From positions 1-19,039 of the forward strand of contig JBFMCE010000077.1 of assembly GCA_040754655.1 (NCBI GenBank): 19,039 bases of DNA, written 5' to 3'. The notes under the pieces are model-generated. The model was not told the DNA's origin. It saw only the letters and a list, made by a program, of their open reading frames with translations, and did not search any database. Shown here piece by piece: positions 7,539 through 15,932 of this stretch; the stretch's first letter is position 1, and every line of letters begins with the position of its first letter. This DNA comes from Bdellovibrionota bacterium. GTDB taxonomy: Bacteria > Bdellovibrionota > UBA1018 > UBA923. The position numbers and the translations under genes were made by a program.

Positions 7539-7564
7539 ACTGTCGTTGTTTATTTCTCGACAGT
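7539..7564. promoter_or_regulatory. Inverted repeat, candidate transcription-factor site
   Basis: ACTGTCG-N12-CGACAGT is a perfect 7-bp inverted repeat in AT-rich intergenic DNA upstream of the 7608 ATG. Confidence 0.4.
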
Positions 7565-7607
7565 CCCAGAATTTTTTCCTCTCATGCCAAACATGGAGGA
7601 AAAAATC

Positions 7608-8081
7608 ATGCGTATTCTTTTTTCAGTGGTAGCTTTAATGGGACTTAGTTCATCATTTGCTTTGGCCGACACGTCGATGTTCAATACCGACAACAGGGAT
7701 GGTTGCATCCCTTATCGATGTAACGTGCGTGCGGAAGAAAAAGGCGCTCGTTGCACCGTAAAGGGCGAGATCTGCTCATTGAGAGGTTCGGAGGCAGCCG
7801 TTGATCAACGAGGCGGACCCAGGATCTCAATGGAAGTTGATTGCACCAACGGATTTGAACTCGAAGATCGTCGCGTAGAAGTATTCAGTTCGACAGATCG
7901 CGCTCTTCTCCGCGGGGAAGAAGATGATAAATCTGCCGACCTCGAACTTCGCGCAAATGGTTCTAGCAACGATACCTTTCGCGCTCACCTGACAACGGCG
8001 GTTGATGGCGGATCTTCTTACGAGTATCACGGTCGCTGCCACATCGGTGGTCGCAACAACGATCGTCCTCGAGCTGAGTAA
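7608..8081 (+). CDS. Secreted Cys-containing hypothetical protein (157 aa)
   Basis: GGAGG RBS at 7595-7599 and ATG 7608. Signal peptide MRILFSVVALMGLSSSFALA/D. Six Cys in a beta-rich mature region. Confidence 0.85.
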   Translation: MRILFSVVALMGLSSSFALADTSMFNTDNRDGCIPYRCNVRAEEKGARCTVKGEICSLRGSEAAVDQRGGPRISMEVDCTNGFELEDRRVEVFSSTDRALLRGEEDDKSADLELRANGSSNDTFRAHLTTAVDGGSSYEYHGRCHIGGRNNDRPRAE

Positions 8082-8099
8082 TCCTACTGGCTTGATAAA

Positions 8100-8157
8100 G
8101 AACAGTGATTGCGCGAACCCAACATCTCAAGTGAAAGGTTTGCGCAATCACTTGTTC
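8100..8157. terminator. Long hairpin between convergent genes (bidirectional terminator or RNA-stabilising stem)
   Basis: AGTGATTGCGCGAACC (8104-8119) and GGTTTGCGCAATCACT (8137-8152) form a 16-bp stem with one G-U pair and a 17-nt loop, extendable by GAAC/GTTC across a bulge. Confidence 0.65.
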
Positions 8158-8160
8158 GAT

Positions 8161-9063
8161 TCATTTGGTGAAAGCGTTAAGTTTTTTGAAAAGCTCTTCC
8201 TCATCGTCAACGTAGCCAATCGGCTCAACTATATTGCAATCCAACTTTTCTTCTTCGAGAAGCTTTTTGATTCCGGCGCCATGCGAGCCGCCGTAAAGAA
8301 GCGCCACGTTTCTTGACGTGGCGTGTTTCAGTTTTGAGATGGCCAAGCGATTTCTCTTCTCGGATGAGGCTTCGATCCTTGTTACGGCTTCCTTGAGTTC
8401 TTGTTTCAGTCGTCTCTCTACCTCGGAATAAGAAGCCGATTTCGGGAGGCCGAAAGCTTCTCTTGCCCCCTCAAGATAAACTTGCGCCCGTGCCGGATTA
8501 TTCTTGTGCTGATCAAGGCGCGATAAGAAGCCTAGCGTTCCTCTGGCGTCCGAAAAGGCGAGATTGGCTTCTTTGACCAAGGCGTCTTCATCGCCGCAAA
8601 GAGTAGTGATCTTATCTGCATGCTTCGCTTCAAGCTTGAGCCCGATATGGCTCAGGATTGAAGCATAAGACTTCTTTTCGGTTTCCTTCTTTAAAGATGA
8701 AATATCCCAACCATTGAACTTTGTCGTAGAGTTTTGCGAGAGTTCGCCAGAGCAGCCTTCTACGATGATTTCTTTTAAGAAGCCGCTGCTTACCCATCGG
8801 TCAAGCTGCTGATAAAGTGCGGCCTGATTCTTGGCCTGGGGTAGCTTGCCCGAGGCGTTTTGATCTTGGGTCATCGTCGAAGGAGCAAGATGCCATTGTT
8901 TAAAGATCCAGACAGCCTTCTCTCCGTTGCCTTTTCTGCATTGTGCGACGACCCTCCCCAAAAGAGGGTCGATTTGTCCGGCGCTGGGCTGGGTCTTGGC
9001 GGTCGAAGCGCCTGATCCCGCTAAAAAAGTCGCCATCAGAATGAGAGTCGACGGGATTTGCAT
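8161..9063 (-). CDS. Exported hypothetical protein, possibly EreA/ChaN/TraB(Tiki)-like superfamily
   Basis: 300-aa ORF with a hydrophobic N-terminal signal. Motifs occur in order: IFKQWH, IIVEG, EKRN, LLYGGSH, resembling the H..E..R..H signature of that superfamily. The family call is tentative. Confidence 0.75.
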   Translation of the reverse strand: MQIPSTLILMATFLAGSGASTAKTQPSAGQIDPLLGRVVAQCRKGNGEKAVWIFKQWHLAPSTMTQDQNASGKLPQAKNQAALYQQLDRWVSSGFLKEIIVEGCSGELSQNSTTKFNGWDISSLKKETEKKSYASILSHIGLKLEAKHADKITTLCGDEDALVKEANLAFSDARGTLGFLSRLDQHKNNPARAQVYLEGAREAFGLPKSASYSEVERRLKQELKEAVTRIEASSEKRNRLAISKLKHATSRNVALLYGGSHGAGIKKLLEEEKLDCNIVEPIGYVDDEEELFKKLNAFTK

Positions 9064-9137
9064 GCCTTCAAGCCTACCTTGCCTTGCGATTTGTGAACAG
9101 AACGATTACTCTTTCTGAGAATTTGAAAGGACGTTAG

Positions 9138-10064
9138 ATGACTTCTCTAGAGCCGCAGGCCGTGTCGCAGCAAAACCGGGGTGCCGATGCCCGATATTAT
9201 TCCGAGAACGGGTACGTCGTGTGTTCGAACCTTATCCCTCATGGTTTCATCGATCGACTCCTTGAAAGTTATGAGAAAGAGATCCGTCCTTCTAATCATC
9301 CGTTTTACCGGCAGAGTTCGGGCAAGTATGAAGTCAATAAAAGAAATGAACACGGTTACGTCGTTCAGTCTTTTCTCGATATCCACGACTACGAAAAGTT
9401 TAAGGCTTTCTCGGAGAGGTCGCTGGATCTGTTCACCTGCCCGAGGCTTTTATCGAAGCTCAGCGAAATCACGGGAGCGCAGTCTTTCAACTTGATGCAG
9501 ACCATGCTTTTTGATGCAAACACCGCTACTCAGCCTCACCAAGACTGGTGGTACCTTGATACCGTTCCCAATGGACATCTGATCGCCGCATGGATCGCTA
9601 TGGAAGACATTGATGAGCGGGCTGGCAGATTCTATGTTTTAAGAGACACCACCCAGGTCGACCTTCATAGCGATACGCCGAACTTGCCGCACCTGACTTG
9701 GATTCGGCGCGTCGAGGAATATCTGCGCGGCCATCCGGAAAAAGTCGTGGCTCCGGCGCTGAAGAAAGGCGACGTGCTTTTCTGGAATTCACGAACTATT
9801 CATGGGGCGTTGCCAACGCAAGACCCGAGTTTTTCAAGGAAGTCGCTTACGGCGCATTATATCCCTTCGACCATGAAGTTTGGAAACCTCTTCAAAGTAA
9901 AAGACTATATTGAGTACAAAGAATTTCGAGGGGTAAAATTTTTCAAGAACCAGCCCGATTACACGTTTTGGAATCACCTGAAGTCCGAGTTTAAGCTCAA
10001 GGCGTACAACTCGCCGCGGCTGCTTAAATTCTTGAGAAGATTTCAGGGAGTGCTGGCCAAATAG
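9138..10064 (+). CDS. Phytanoyl-CoA dioxygenase (PhyH) family Fe(II)/2-oxoglutarate dioxygenase
   Basis: GAAAGGA RBS. Motifs YSENGYVV, PHQDWWY (HxD), AAWIAMEDIDE..G, LKKGDVLFWNSRTIHGA (distal His) and SRKSLTAHY (2OG-binding Arg). Confidence 0.88.
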   Translation: MTSLEPQAVSQQNRGADARYYSENGYVVCSNLIPHGFIDRLLESYEKEIRPSNHPFYRQSSGKYEVNKRNEHGYVVQSFLDIHDYEKFKAFSERSLDLFTCPRLLSKLSEITGAQSFNLMQTMLFDANTATQPHQDWWYLDTVPNGHLIAAWIAMEDIDERAGRFYVLRDTTQVDLHSDTPNLPHLTWIRRVEEYLRGHPEKVVAPALKKGDVLFWNSRTIHGALPTQDPSFSRKSLTAHYIPSTMKFGNLFKVKDYIEYKEFRGVKFFKNQPDYTFWNHLKSEFKLKAYNSPRLLKFLRRFQGVLAK

Positions 10065-10150
10065 GCCGACCTCGGAAGCCGCGCGTATTTTGGCGAAGCT
10101 CTGTTCCTGGGGCCTAATTTAAAAAAGTTGAGTTTATTTCGCCTTGCGAC

Positions 10151-11344
10151 GTGATTTCTCGAAAAGAAGCTTTAGAGTCTCTTCCAATGGAGCCGATGGA
10201 GAGGCGTCATTCCACGAAACCTTCTTATACTGAGCAGAGCTTAGAGCCGCCTTGGACTCTACAACAGTTCATTGGATCATACGAACCGTACATTACCCCT
10301 GAAGTCTTGGTGTTGATCTTTGTTGAAAGCTTGCTTGTCTTGGAAGGGTTTCACCGGCGAGGACGCTTTCATGGAGTGCTAGACGCTCAAAACATATTGA
10401 TTGACCAAGATGGTTTGATCTCGCTTACGACGCCAAAAGGCGTCACGGTCGATCAAATAGCGGCCACCCGCTTCACGGATCTTGTGATGATCGGCAAGAC
10501 TTTTTTCGATCTGATCCTGCGCTACAACCGCAGTCGAGCGAGAATTCACCCGTGGCTAGAGAAAATCCTCTATCGGGCTGGTGGCCGAGAACGAAAGGCG
10601 GGGTACAACACCGCCTGGGATTTGAGGGCCGACCTGCTCGACTTCTTGCAAGAGCTCAGCCTTGAGGGGTTCTTCCTCGTGCATTTCATCGAGGCGCCCG
10701 CTGCGTTCAATCGGTCGGTCGGCATCGTGATGGGCGATCGCCAGGTAAAGCGAGTGGAAAAACTGATTCGGCACCGGCACCGGAAGCAGGCTCTCTCAGA
10801 GCTTTATTTCTTGCTAGAGGTCACCCCTACGAATGTTGCGGCCTCAAAAATATTCTCGAAACTCAAACAAGGAAGGACTTTGCTCCTTGCTCGCATGGCC
10901 TATGTCGCGGCGATCGTCGGTTTGATCGTGCTAGGGGCGTCGGTTTTTTTGGAAAATTACAGAGGCGAGCGCTCGAAGCCCTTGCTTATCGAACCCGTGC
11001 CTGCCAGGAGATCTCCAAATGCAGAGTCTGAATTTGGCGAATCGAACGCCAAGGCGACAGGCTCAATAGAAATTATTCAAAAATCTCGTTCCATCCCTGG
11101 GCTCTCGGTCCTGCATCCCGATAAGGGCCTGGTTTCCCTCGAGCTTGACCCCGATACCTTGGCCTATTTTGACGGAAGGCCAGGTGAAGTGCCCGCCAGG
11201 TCTAACGGAGCGCAGATTTGGCTTTCCGCCGGCACTCATTCAATCACGGTGACAAAGAAGGCCACCCCGCCAGTGATAGGGCAGATCGAGGTCAAGCCAG
11301 GTTCATCGACCGAAATCATCGCTCGACTGGTAGCCAATCCCTAA
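10151..11344 (+). CDS. Membrane-anchored degenerate Ser/Thr kinase-like protein (pseudokinase) with a C-terminal PEGA-like domain
   Basis: FHRRGRFHGVLDAQNILIDQDG echoes the Hanks catalytic loop (HRDLKPxNIL) but lacks the catalytic Asp and DFG. GYNTAWDLRADL resembles subdomain XI. Followed by a helical/TPR-like segment, one TM helix (AYVAAIVGLIVLGASVFL) and a PEGA-like end (LSAGTHSITV). Start codon uncertain. Confidence 0.65.
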   Translation: MISRKEALESLPMEPMERRHSTKPSYTEQSLEPPWTLQQFIGSYEPYITPEVLVLIFVESLLVLEGFHRRGRFHGVLDAQNILIDQDGLISLTTPKGVTVDQIAATRFTDLVMIGKTFFDLILRYNRSRARIHPWLEKILYRAGGRERKAGYNTAWDLRADLLDFLQELSLEGFFLVHFIEAPAAFNRSVGIVMGDRQVKRVEKLIRHRHRKQALSELYFLLEVTPTNVAASKIFSKLKQGRTLLLARMAYVAAIVGLIVLGASVFLENYRGERSKPLLIEPVPARRSPNAESEFGESNAKATGSIEIIQKSRSIPGLSVLHPDKGLVSLELDPDTLAYFDGRPGEVPARSNGAQIWLSAGTHSITVTKKATPPVIGQIEVKPGSSTEIIARLVANP

Positions 11345-11389
11345 AGACTTGCGCCGACCTCCCGAAAAGAGAAGTGTAAGGGAGACACT

Positions 11390-12148
11390 GTGTCGGCTTC
11401 TACTGGGCAAAATTTATCACCGGGCTTTGAATCGCCCTCACGGTTGCTGGTCGTCGTCGTGCCAGCCTACAACGAGAAGACGAACATCGCGGGAGTGCTC
11501 GCTGAGTTGAGCGCTGTGCGTCTTGAGCGTACCACGGTCGAAGTCGTGGTGGTTGACGACGGTTCGACAGATGGCACCGCTGAGTTAGCAAGGCGCCTGG
11601 GAACCGAAGTTGTTTGTTTGCCTTTTAATATGGGAATAGGCATGTCGGTGCAGACCGGCGTTCTTTATGCGTTAAAGCGAGGCGCGGACTTTGTTGTTCA
11701 AGTCGATGGAGACGGTCAGCATGTTCCCGGAGAGATTTCAAAGCTTCTCGCCGTTTTGGAAACGACAAGGAGCGATGTCGTCGTCGGCAGCCGGTTCGCC
11801 CGCAAGAGGCGAGGTGGTTTGGAAAGCACGACTCTGGCGAGGTGGCTAGCCGGGCGTGCTCTTGCAATGGTCGTGCGCTTGCTAACCGGACAGAGGTTTT
11901 CAGATACGACAAGCGGCTTCAGGATCTACACCAGACGAGCGGCCCAATTGGTGGCCCATTCCTACTCTGACGATTATCCCGAGGTGGAAGCGCTCGTAGC
12001 GCTGGTTCGCCGAGGCTTTCAAGTTACCGAGATCGGGGTTCAGATGCGCCGGCGAATCCACGGGAAGAGTTCGATCGGGGCCTGGAAGTCGATTTATTAC
12101 TTCATCAAAGTCATCCTCTCTTCCTGCATTGAGAAGGTGCGCGCATGA
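11390..12148 (+). CDS. Glycosyltransferase family 2 (DPM/DPG-synthase-like, polyprenol-phosphate glycosyltransferase)
   Basis: VVPAYNE, VVVDDGSTDGT, NMGIG, QVDGDGQH, VVGSRF, DTTSGFR and R..GKSS. GGAG RBS before the GTG start. Confidence 0.9.
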   Translation: MSASTGQNLSPGFESPSRLLVVVVPAYNEKTNIAGVLAELSAVRLERTTVEVVVVDDGSTDGTAELARRLGTEVVCLPFNMGIGMSVQTGVLYALKRGADFVVQVDGDGQHVPGEISKLLAVLETTRSDVVVGSRFARKRRGGLESTTLARWLAGRALAMVVRLLTGQRFSDTTSGFRIYTRRAAQLVAHSYSDDYPEVEALVALVRRGFQVTEIGVQMRRRIHGKSSIGAWKSIYYFIKVILSSCIEKVRA

Positions 12149-12516
12149 TCGCATTGGCGGGTCTGCAGCGCATCGAGCTGATCGCAGTGCTTGCTTGCGG
12201 CGTGCTCGCCGCCACGGTTTTCGAGCTCGTGAGAAGGGGAAAGATAAAAGAAAAATATTCGCTGCTCTGGTTTCTGACGGTCGCGTCTCTCTCTATCTTG
12301 TCTCTCAAAAGAGAGTGGCTCCATTCGTTGGCGTCGAGTTTCGGGATTTATTATCCTCCTTCGGCTTTGTTTTTGGCCTTGATCTTCTTCGTTATTTTCA
12401 TCCTGATCCATTTCAGCATGGTTCTCACGAAGCTCATGAATCAAAACCAGAAGCTAGCTCAAAGAGTCGCTCTTCTTGAAGTAGAGGTCTTGCGTGAACA
12501 AAACAAGGCAAGATGA
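12145..12516 (+). CDS. DUF2304-family small membrane protein
   Basis: ATGA overlap with the upstream GT2. LVRRGKIKEKYSLLW, FGIYYPPS and a C-terminal KLAQRVALL coil, with three TM helices. This family is typically adjacent to DPM-like GT2 genes. Confidence 0.8.
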   Translation: MIALAGLQRIELIAVLACGVLAATVFELVRRGKIKEKYSLLWFLTVASLSILSLKREWLHSLASSFGIYYPPSALFLALIFFVIFILIHFSMVLTKLMNQNQKLAQRVALLEVEVLREQNKAR

Positions 12517-13603
12517 TCGATCGCCGTTTGTCTCGGGTAAGTCGGCGCCAGTGACCGTCATCATATTGAACTACAATGGCGCGGACGTCGTTAAGCGCTG
12601 CGTGCGGTCGTTCGCGGCGCAGAGGGTTTTGCCAAAACAGGTCTTATTTATTGACAATGGCAGCAGCGATTTTGATCAAAACGAGTTGCGTTCGTTGTTC
12701 GGGACAAGGTACTCGAGCCGGTTGCGGTTTCTCGCGTTCAAAGAAAATCTCGGATATAGCAAGGGAATGAACCGCGGTTTGGCCTGGGTATTGGCCGAAC
12801 CGAATCCAACCGAATGGATCATGACGCTCAACAACGATACGGCTCTCGAAGAGGATTTTTTCGAGTCGTTGCTTAAGGTGGCCGAAGCAATCAAAGACCA
12901 GAGCAAATGCTCCCTAGGAATGCTCTCACCCAAAGTGTTGTCGATGTCCTCGCCGGACGAACTTGATGCCGCGGGGCTTGTTCTCAGTCTCGATGGCATG
13001 AGTTCCGCGAGGGGTCAGAGAGAGAAAGACCTCCGGCAGTATGATGATAAACTAGAAGTATTGGCTCCGAACGGGGTCTCGGCCATTTACAGGGCCTCGA
13101 TGTTGCGGCAGATCGGATTGTATGACGAGCGATTCGAGGCTTATTGCGAAGACACCGACCTGGGGTTTCGAGCCTGGCTCGCCGGGTGGAACTGCCGGTT
13201 CGAACCAGCGCTGCGCTTGTACCATTCCCGCTCGACAAGCCATGGCAACCACAGTTTGAGAAAGCTCTATTTGGTCGAGCGGAATCATTTCTGGTTCGCC
13301 ATCAAGAATTACCCGGCGCCGCTACTGATCCTTGGGCCCGCGTTCACGGCCTGGCGTTATCTGGTTCAGGCATACAGCATTGCCCGAAAGAGAGGTCAGG
13401 GCAGGGGATTTTCTTTCCAGGCTAAAACCCGCTTTTTGGTGTTTGCCACGCTTCGCGCCTTATTTGACGCTCTTAGAGGCTCTCCCGAGATGTTTCTCGC
13501 TCGGATCAGATTAAGGAGATTGCGAAAACGGTCTGAGATCGAGGTTCTTACGACGCTTTGGAGAGGCCGCCTGAACTTTCAAGAGCTTATCTTGAAAGAG
13601 TAA
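12494..13603 (+). CDS. Glycosyltransferase family 2 (WbbL/rhamnosyltransferase-like)
   Basis: VIILNYNG, IDNGSSD, ENLGYSKGMNRG, LNNDT, IGLYDERFEAYCEDTDLGFRAWLAGW and ERNHFW. Confidence 0.9.
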   Translation: MNKTRQDDRSPFVSGKSAPVTVIILNYNGADVVKRCVRSFAAQRVLPKQVLFIDNGSSDFDQNELRSLFGTRYSSRLRFLAFKENLGYSKGMNRGLAWVLAEPNPTEWIMTLNNDTALEEDFFESLLKVAEAIKDQSKCSLGMLSPKVLSMSSPDELDAAGLVLSLDGMSSARGQREKDLRQYDDKLEVLAPNGVSAIYRASMLRQIGLYDERFEAYCEDTDLGFRAWLAGWNCRFEPALRLYHSRSTSHGNHSLRKLYLVERNHFWFAIKNYPAPLLILGPAFTAWRYLVQAYSIARKRGQGRGFSFQAKTRFLVFATLRALFDALRGSPEMFLARIRLRRLRKRSEIEVLTTLWRGRLNFQELILKE

Positions 13604-15088
13604 GAGGATGAGCGCCAGCAGCGCGAAGCCTGAGATTATTTTCGCAACCGTTTTTACAATCGTATCGCGGAATTTCCAAGCCACCTTGTGCTTTCCTGGC
13701 GGAAGGGACGCCTGAAGGGCCCCGGAACTGGGATGGGTTTCATTGGACTTCAAGATCGTCCCATCGACCACCGTCGTCCATCCGGGATAATCAAAGACAT
13801 TTAGTTGAAGCGTGGTGGTTTGAATCGCCAAGACAACACATTCTATTTGGCCTAACTTTATCTGAGTGCAACGGCTGTCGGCTCTTCCAGAAAGAACCTC
13901 GACCAACTCTTGTCGTTGTTGAGAGGGTGGAATTGAAACCTTCACAGGAATCGGGCTTGCCGCGGGTGCTGAAAGTGAAGCCGAGGTGGCTGACTTTCCA
14001 AGGTAGCCCAGCGCCAGGATCGGAACTAAGATCAGCGCCGCTTTCTTTGATGCCAGTGTTCGCGCGAACCAAACGCCAAGCCAGGTTCCGGTGAGAATGC
14101 ACGATGCCAGAAGGGCGTCGCTGAAGGCCTGCGGAGGGCGAAAGAGATCAAACCAAATCTTTGAAGCGGGATGAATGAGATAAATGCACAATCCAAGAAT
14201 GGGCAACAAGAGCCTCGCATACGGATCAAGCCTTGCATTCCAAAGCCATTTCCACAAACCGCTAATGAGACCAACGCCCCACAAGACACCAAACGAATTT
14301 CTCGGATGTGCCCACTCTTGAATGCTCAAAAACGCATAAGAGCTGGGCAAAAATCGAACAAGGCGATGCTCAAAGAGCGCCGGGATCCAGTAGAATGAGG
14401 CCAAAAGCATTCCCGTTGCCATTGAACCCAGAAGAAGAAACGGTCCTGAAAGCGATCGACGGGAAAGTACGAGGAACAAAACTGTGAGCAGAGCTGCGGT
14501 AAGCGAATAGGCGGGCGGGCATAACCAAAGCGCTGATGTCGCGGCCACGCTTCGCAAGAAAACGAATTTAGACCTGTCTTTATTCAAACCGACGAGCCCA
14601 AAAACGAACCAAGGCAAACACGCAAGAAAGAGAAGGGTTTCCAATCGAGAATCTTGCAAGGCTCTTAATGTTGCGGGCGCAAAAATAAGGCTCGCACCCC
14701 CTAAAAACGACAGCCCCATGCGTCTGAAAGCTTGCTCGTATTTAAGGGCTTCGCTGAGCAACATAAACAGGCCGTAGGCAGCGGCAAAGAGCAGGAAGAA
14801 TACGTAGATTCGCGCGGAAAGCTGAGGGCTTGAAGTCATCGCATGGAAAAGTTCTAAGGGATAAGAAACGAGAGGGGACCTAAAAGTGAATTCAGGGCTT
14901 CCAAAGCCATGGTTTGCTTCAAAGTTCCAACTTGGGATCAAGTTCCCCTGAGCGATATTCTGATGAAAGTGTCGGATAGACGAAACGTGCCGGTCAAAAG
15001 TCGGATGGGTGAATCTCAGCGCCCCCGCGGCCGCGAAAGCCATTAAAAAACCAAAAAATAGCCGCGTGAAAGTCGTCTTTGGCCTCAT
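13511..15088 (-). CDS. Polytopic membrane protein, YfhO / 6-pyruvoyl-tetrahydropterin-synthase-related family (GT-C-like)
   Basis: About 11-12 TM segments. PSWNFEANHGFGSPEFTFRSPL resembles P.W...n.GyG.P.f.fY.PL. Also LASFYWIPALFE, a periplasmic domain with FDYPGWTTVVDG and LPPGKHKV, and a final TM. Coupled to the upstream DPM synthase by an ATGA overlap. Confidence 0.75.
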   Translation of the reverse strand: MRPKTTFTRLFFGFLMAFAAAGALRFTHPTFDRHVSSIRHFHQNIAQGNLIPSWNFEANHGFGSPEFTFRSPLVSYPLELFHAMTSSPQLSARIYVFFLLFAAAYGLFMLLSEALKYEQAFRRMGLSFLGGASLIFAPATLRALQDSRLETLLFLACLPWFVFGLVGLNKDRSKFVFLRSVAATSALWLCPPAYSLTAALLTVLFLVLSRRSLSGPFLLLGSMATGMLLASFYWIPALFEHRLVRFLPSSYAFLSIQEWAHPRNSFGVLWGVGLISGLWKWLWNARLDPYARLLLPILGLCIYLIHPASKIWFDLFRPPQAFSDALLASCILTGTWLGVWFARTLASKKAALILVPILALGYLGKSATSASLSAPAASPIPVKVSIPPSQQRQELVEVLSGRADSRCTQIKLGQIECVVLAIQTTTLQLNVFDYPGWTTVVDGTILKSNETHPSSGALQASLPPGKHKVAWKFRDTIVKTVAKIISGFALLALILLLFQDKLLKVQAASPKRRKNLDLRPFSQSP

Positions 15089-15825
15089 GCCGCCGGAAAA
15101 AGCCGACCACGCCGTTTAAGTTCCCGGAACCGCAGAACCATCAAAGAGGTTTTGATCAACGTTGTTGAGTTCAATTTCGTGACGCCTATTCTGCGATCAA
15201 TAAAAACGATCGGCACTTCAACGATCTTGAACCCTTTCATCGAGCATTTATAGAGGATTTCGAGCACTATTGAAGGGCCTGTCGAGATAAGATTGTCTAA
15301 CCCGATTTGCTTAAGCGCATTTCGGCGAAAACACCGGTATCCGCTCGAGACATCCCGAACTTTCAAACCGAGCAAGGTTCGAACATAGAAACCCGCCAGC
15401 TTGGTGACGACCTGCCGGTACGGCCCGCGATCATCGTCCGAACCTCCCTCCACGAACCTGCTCCCAAGAACGACATCGGCGCCGCTTGCTGCCGCGTTGA
15501 GCAACTCCGGGATGTACTTGGGGTCGTGAGAAAAATCGGCATCCATTTCAATGACGAAATCAGAGTCGCTTGCGAGGGCCTCTTTAAATCCGACGATCCC
15601 CGCGCTTCCTCTTCCTCGTTCATTCTTGCGCGTGATCAATCTTACTTTCGAGTTTTTTGCCGCATATTCCGCTACAGCCTCGCCGGTCCCATCGGGTGAG
15701 TTGTCGTCTACGACCAAAACATGAATCTCTTGGCCCGCCACTTTTAATGACAGAATCGACTCGATCAGACGGCTAATGTTCCCCCGCTCGTTGTAGGTTG
15801 GGATCATAATCGTTGTTTTGCTCAT
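15085..15825 (-). CDS. Polyprenol-phosphate mannose synthase (DPM1/Ppm1-like GT2)
   Basis: IPTYNERGNI, VVDDNSPDGTG, GRGSA...GF, EMDADFSHDPKYIP, VLGSRFVEGG, DVSSGYRCFRR and EVPIVFIDRRIG. Confidence 0.88.
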   Translation of the reverse strand: MSKTTIMIPTYNERGNISRLIESILSLKVAGQEIHVLVVDDNSPDGTGEAVAEYAAKNSKVRLITRKNERGRGSAGIVGFKEALASDSDFVIEMDADFSHDPKYIPELLNAAASGADVVLGSRFVEGGSDDDRGPYRQVVTKLAGFYVRTLLGLKVRDVSSGYRCFRRNALKQIGLDNLISTGPSIVLEILYKCSMKGFKIVEVPIVFIDRRIGVTKLNSTTLIKTSLMVLRFRELKRRGRLFPAA

Positions 15826-15932
15826 ATCTCTAACGAGTTAACATGTACTCGATAGAAATTACACTTGGTTTTCAGTTTCAGGCTATTATAAGCTCGCCAC
15901 TACACGTTTTCATTTGTCAGCAGAGAGAGCGC

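Noticed and set aside
7530..7607. N-terminal extension of the 183-aa ORF
   Set aside because: The strong GGAGG RBS and the signal peptide point to ATG 7608. The extension covers AT-rich regulatory DNA.
8302..8323. 8-bp inverted repeat CGCCACGT/ACGTGGCG
   Set aside because: It lies inside a coding region and is expected by chance in 19 kb.
10065..11361. GCCGACCTC occurring just after the stops at 10064 and 11344
   Set aside because: Only 9 bp, it also occurs inside a CDS near 7935, and there are no mobile-element hallmarks between the copies.
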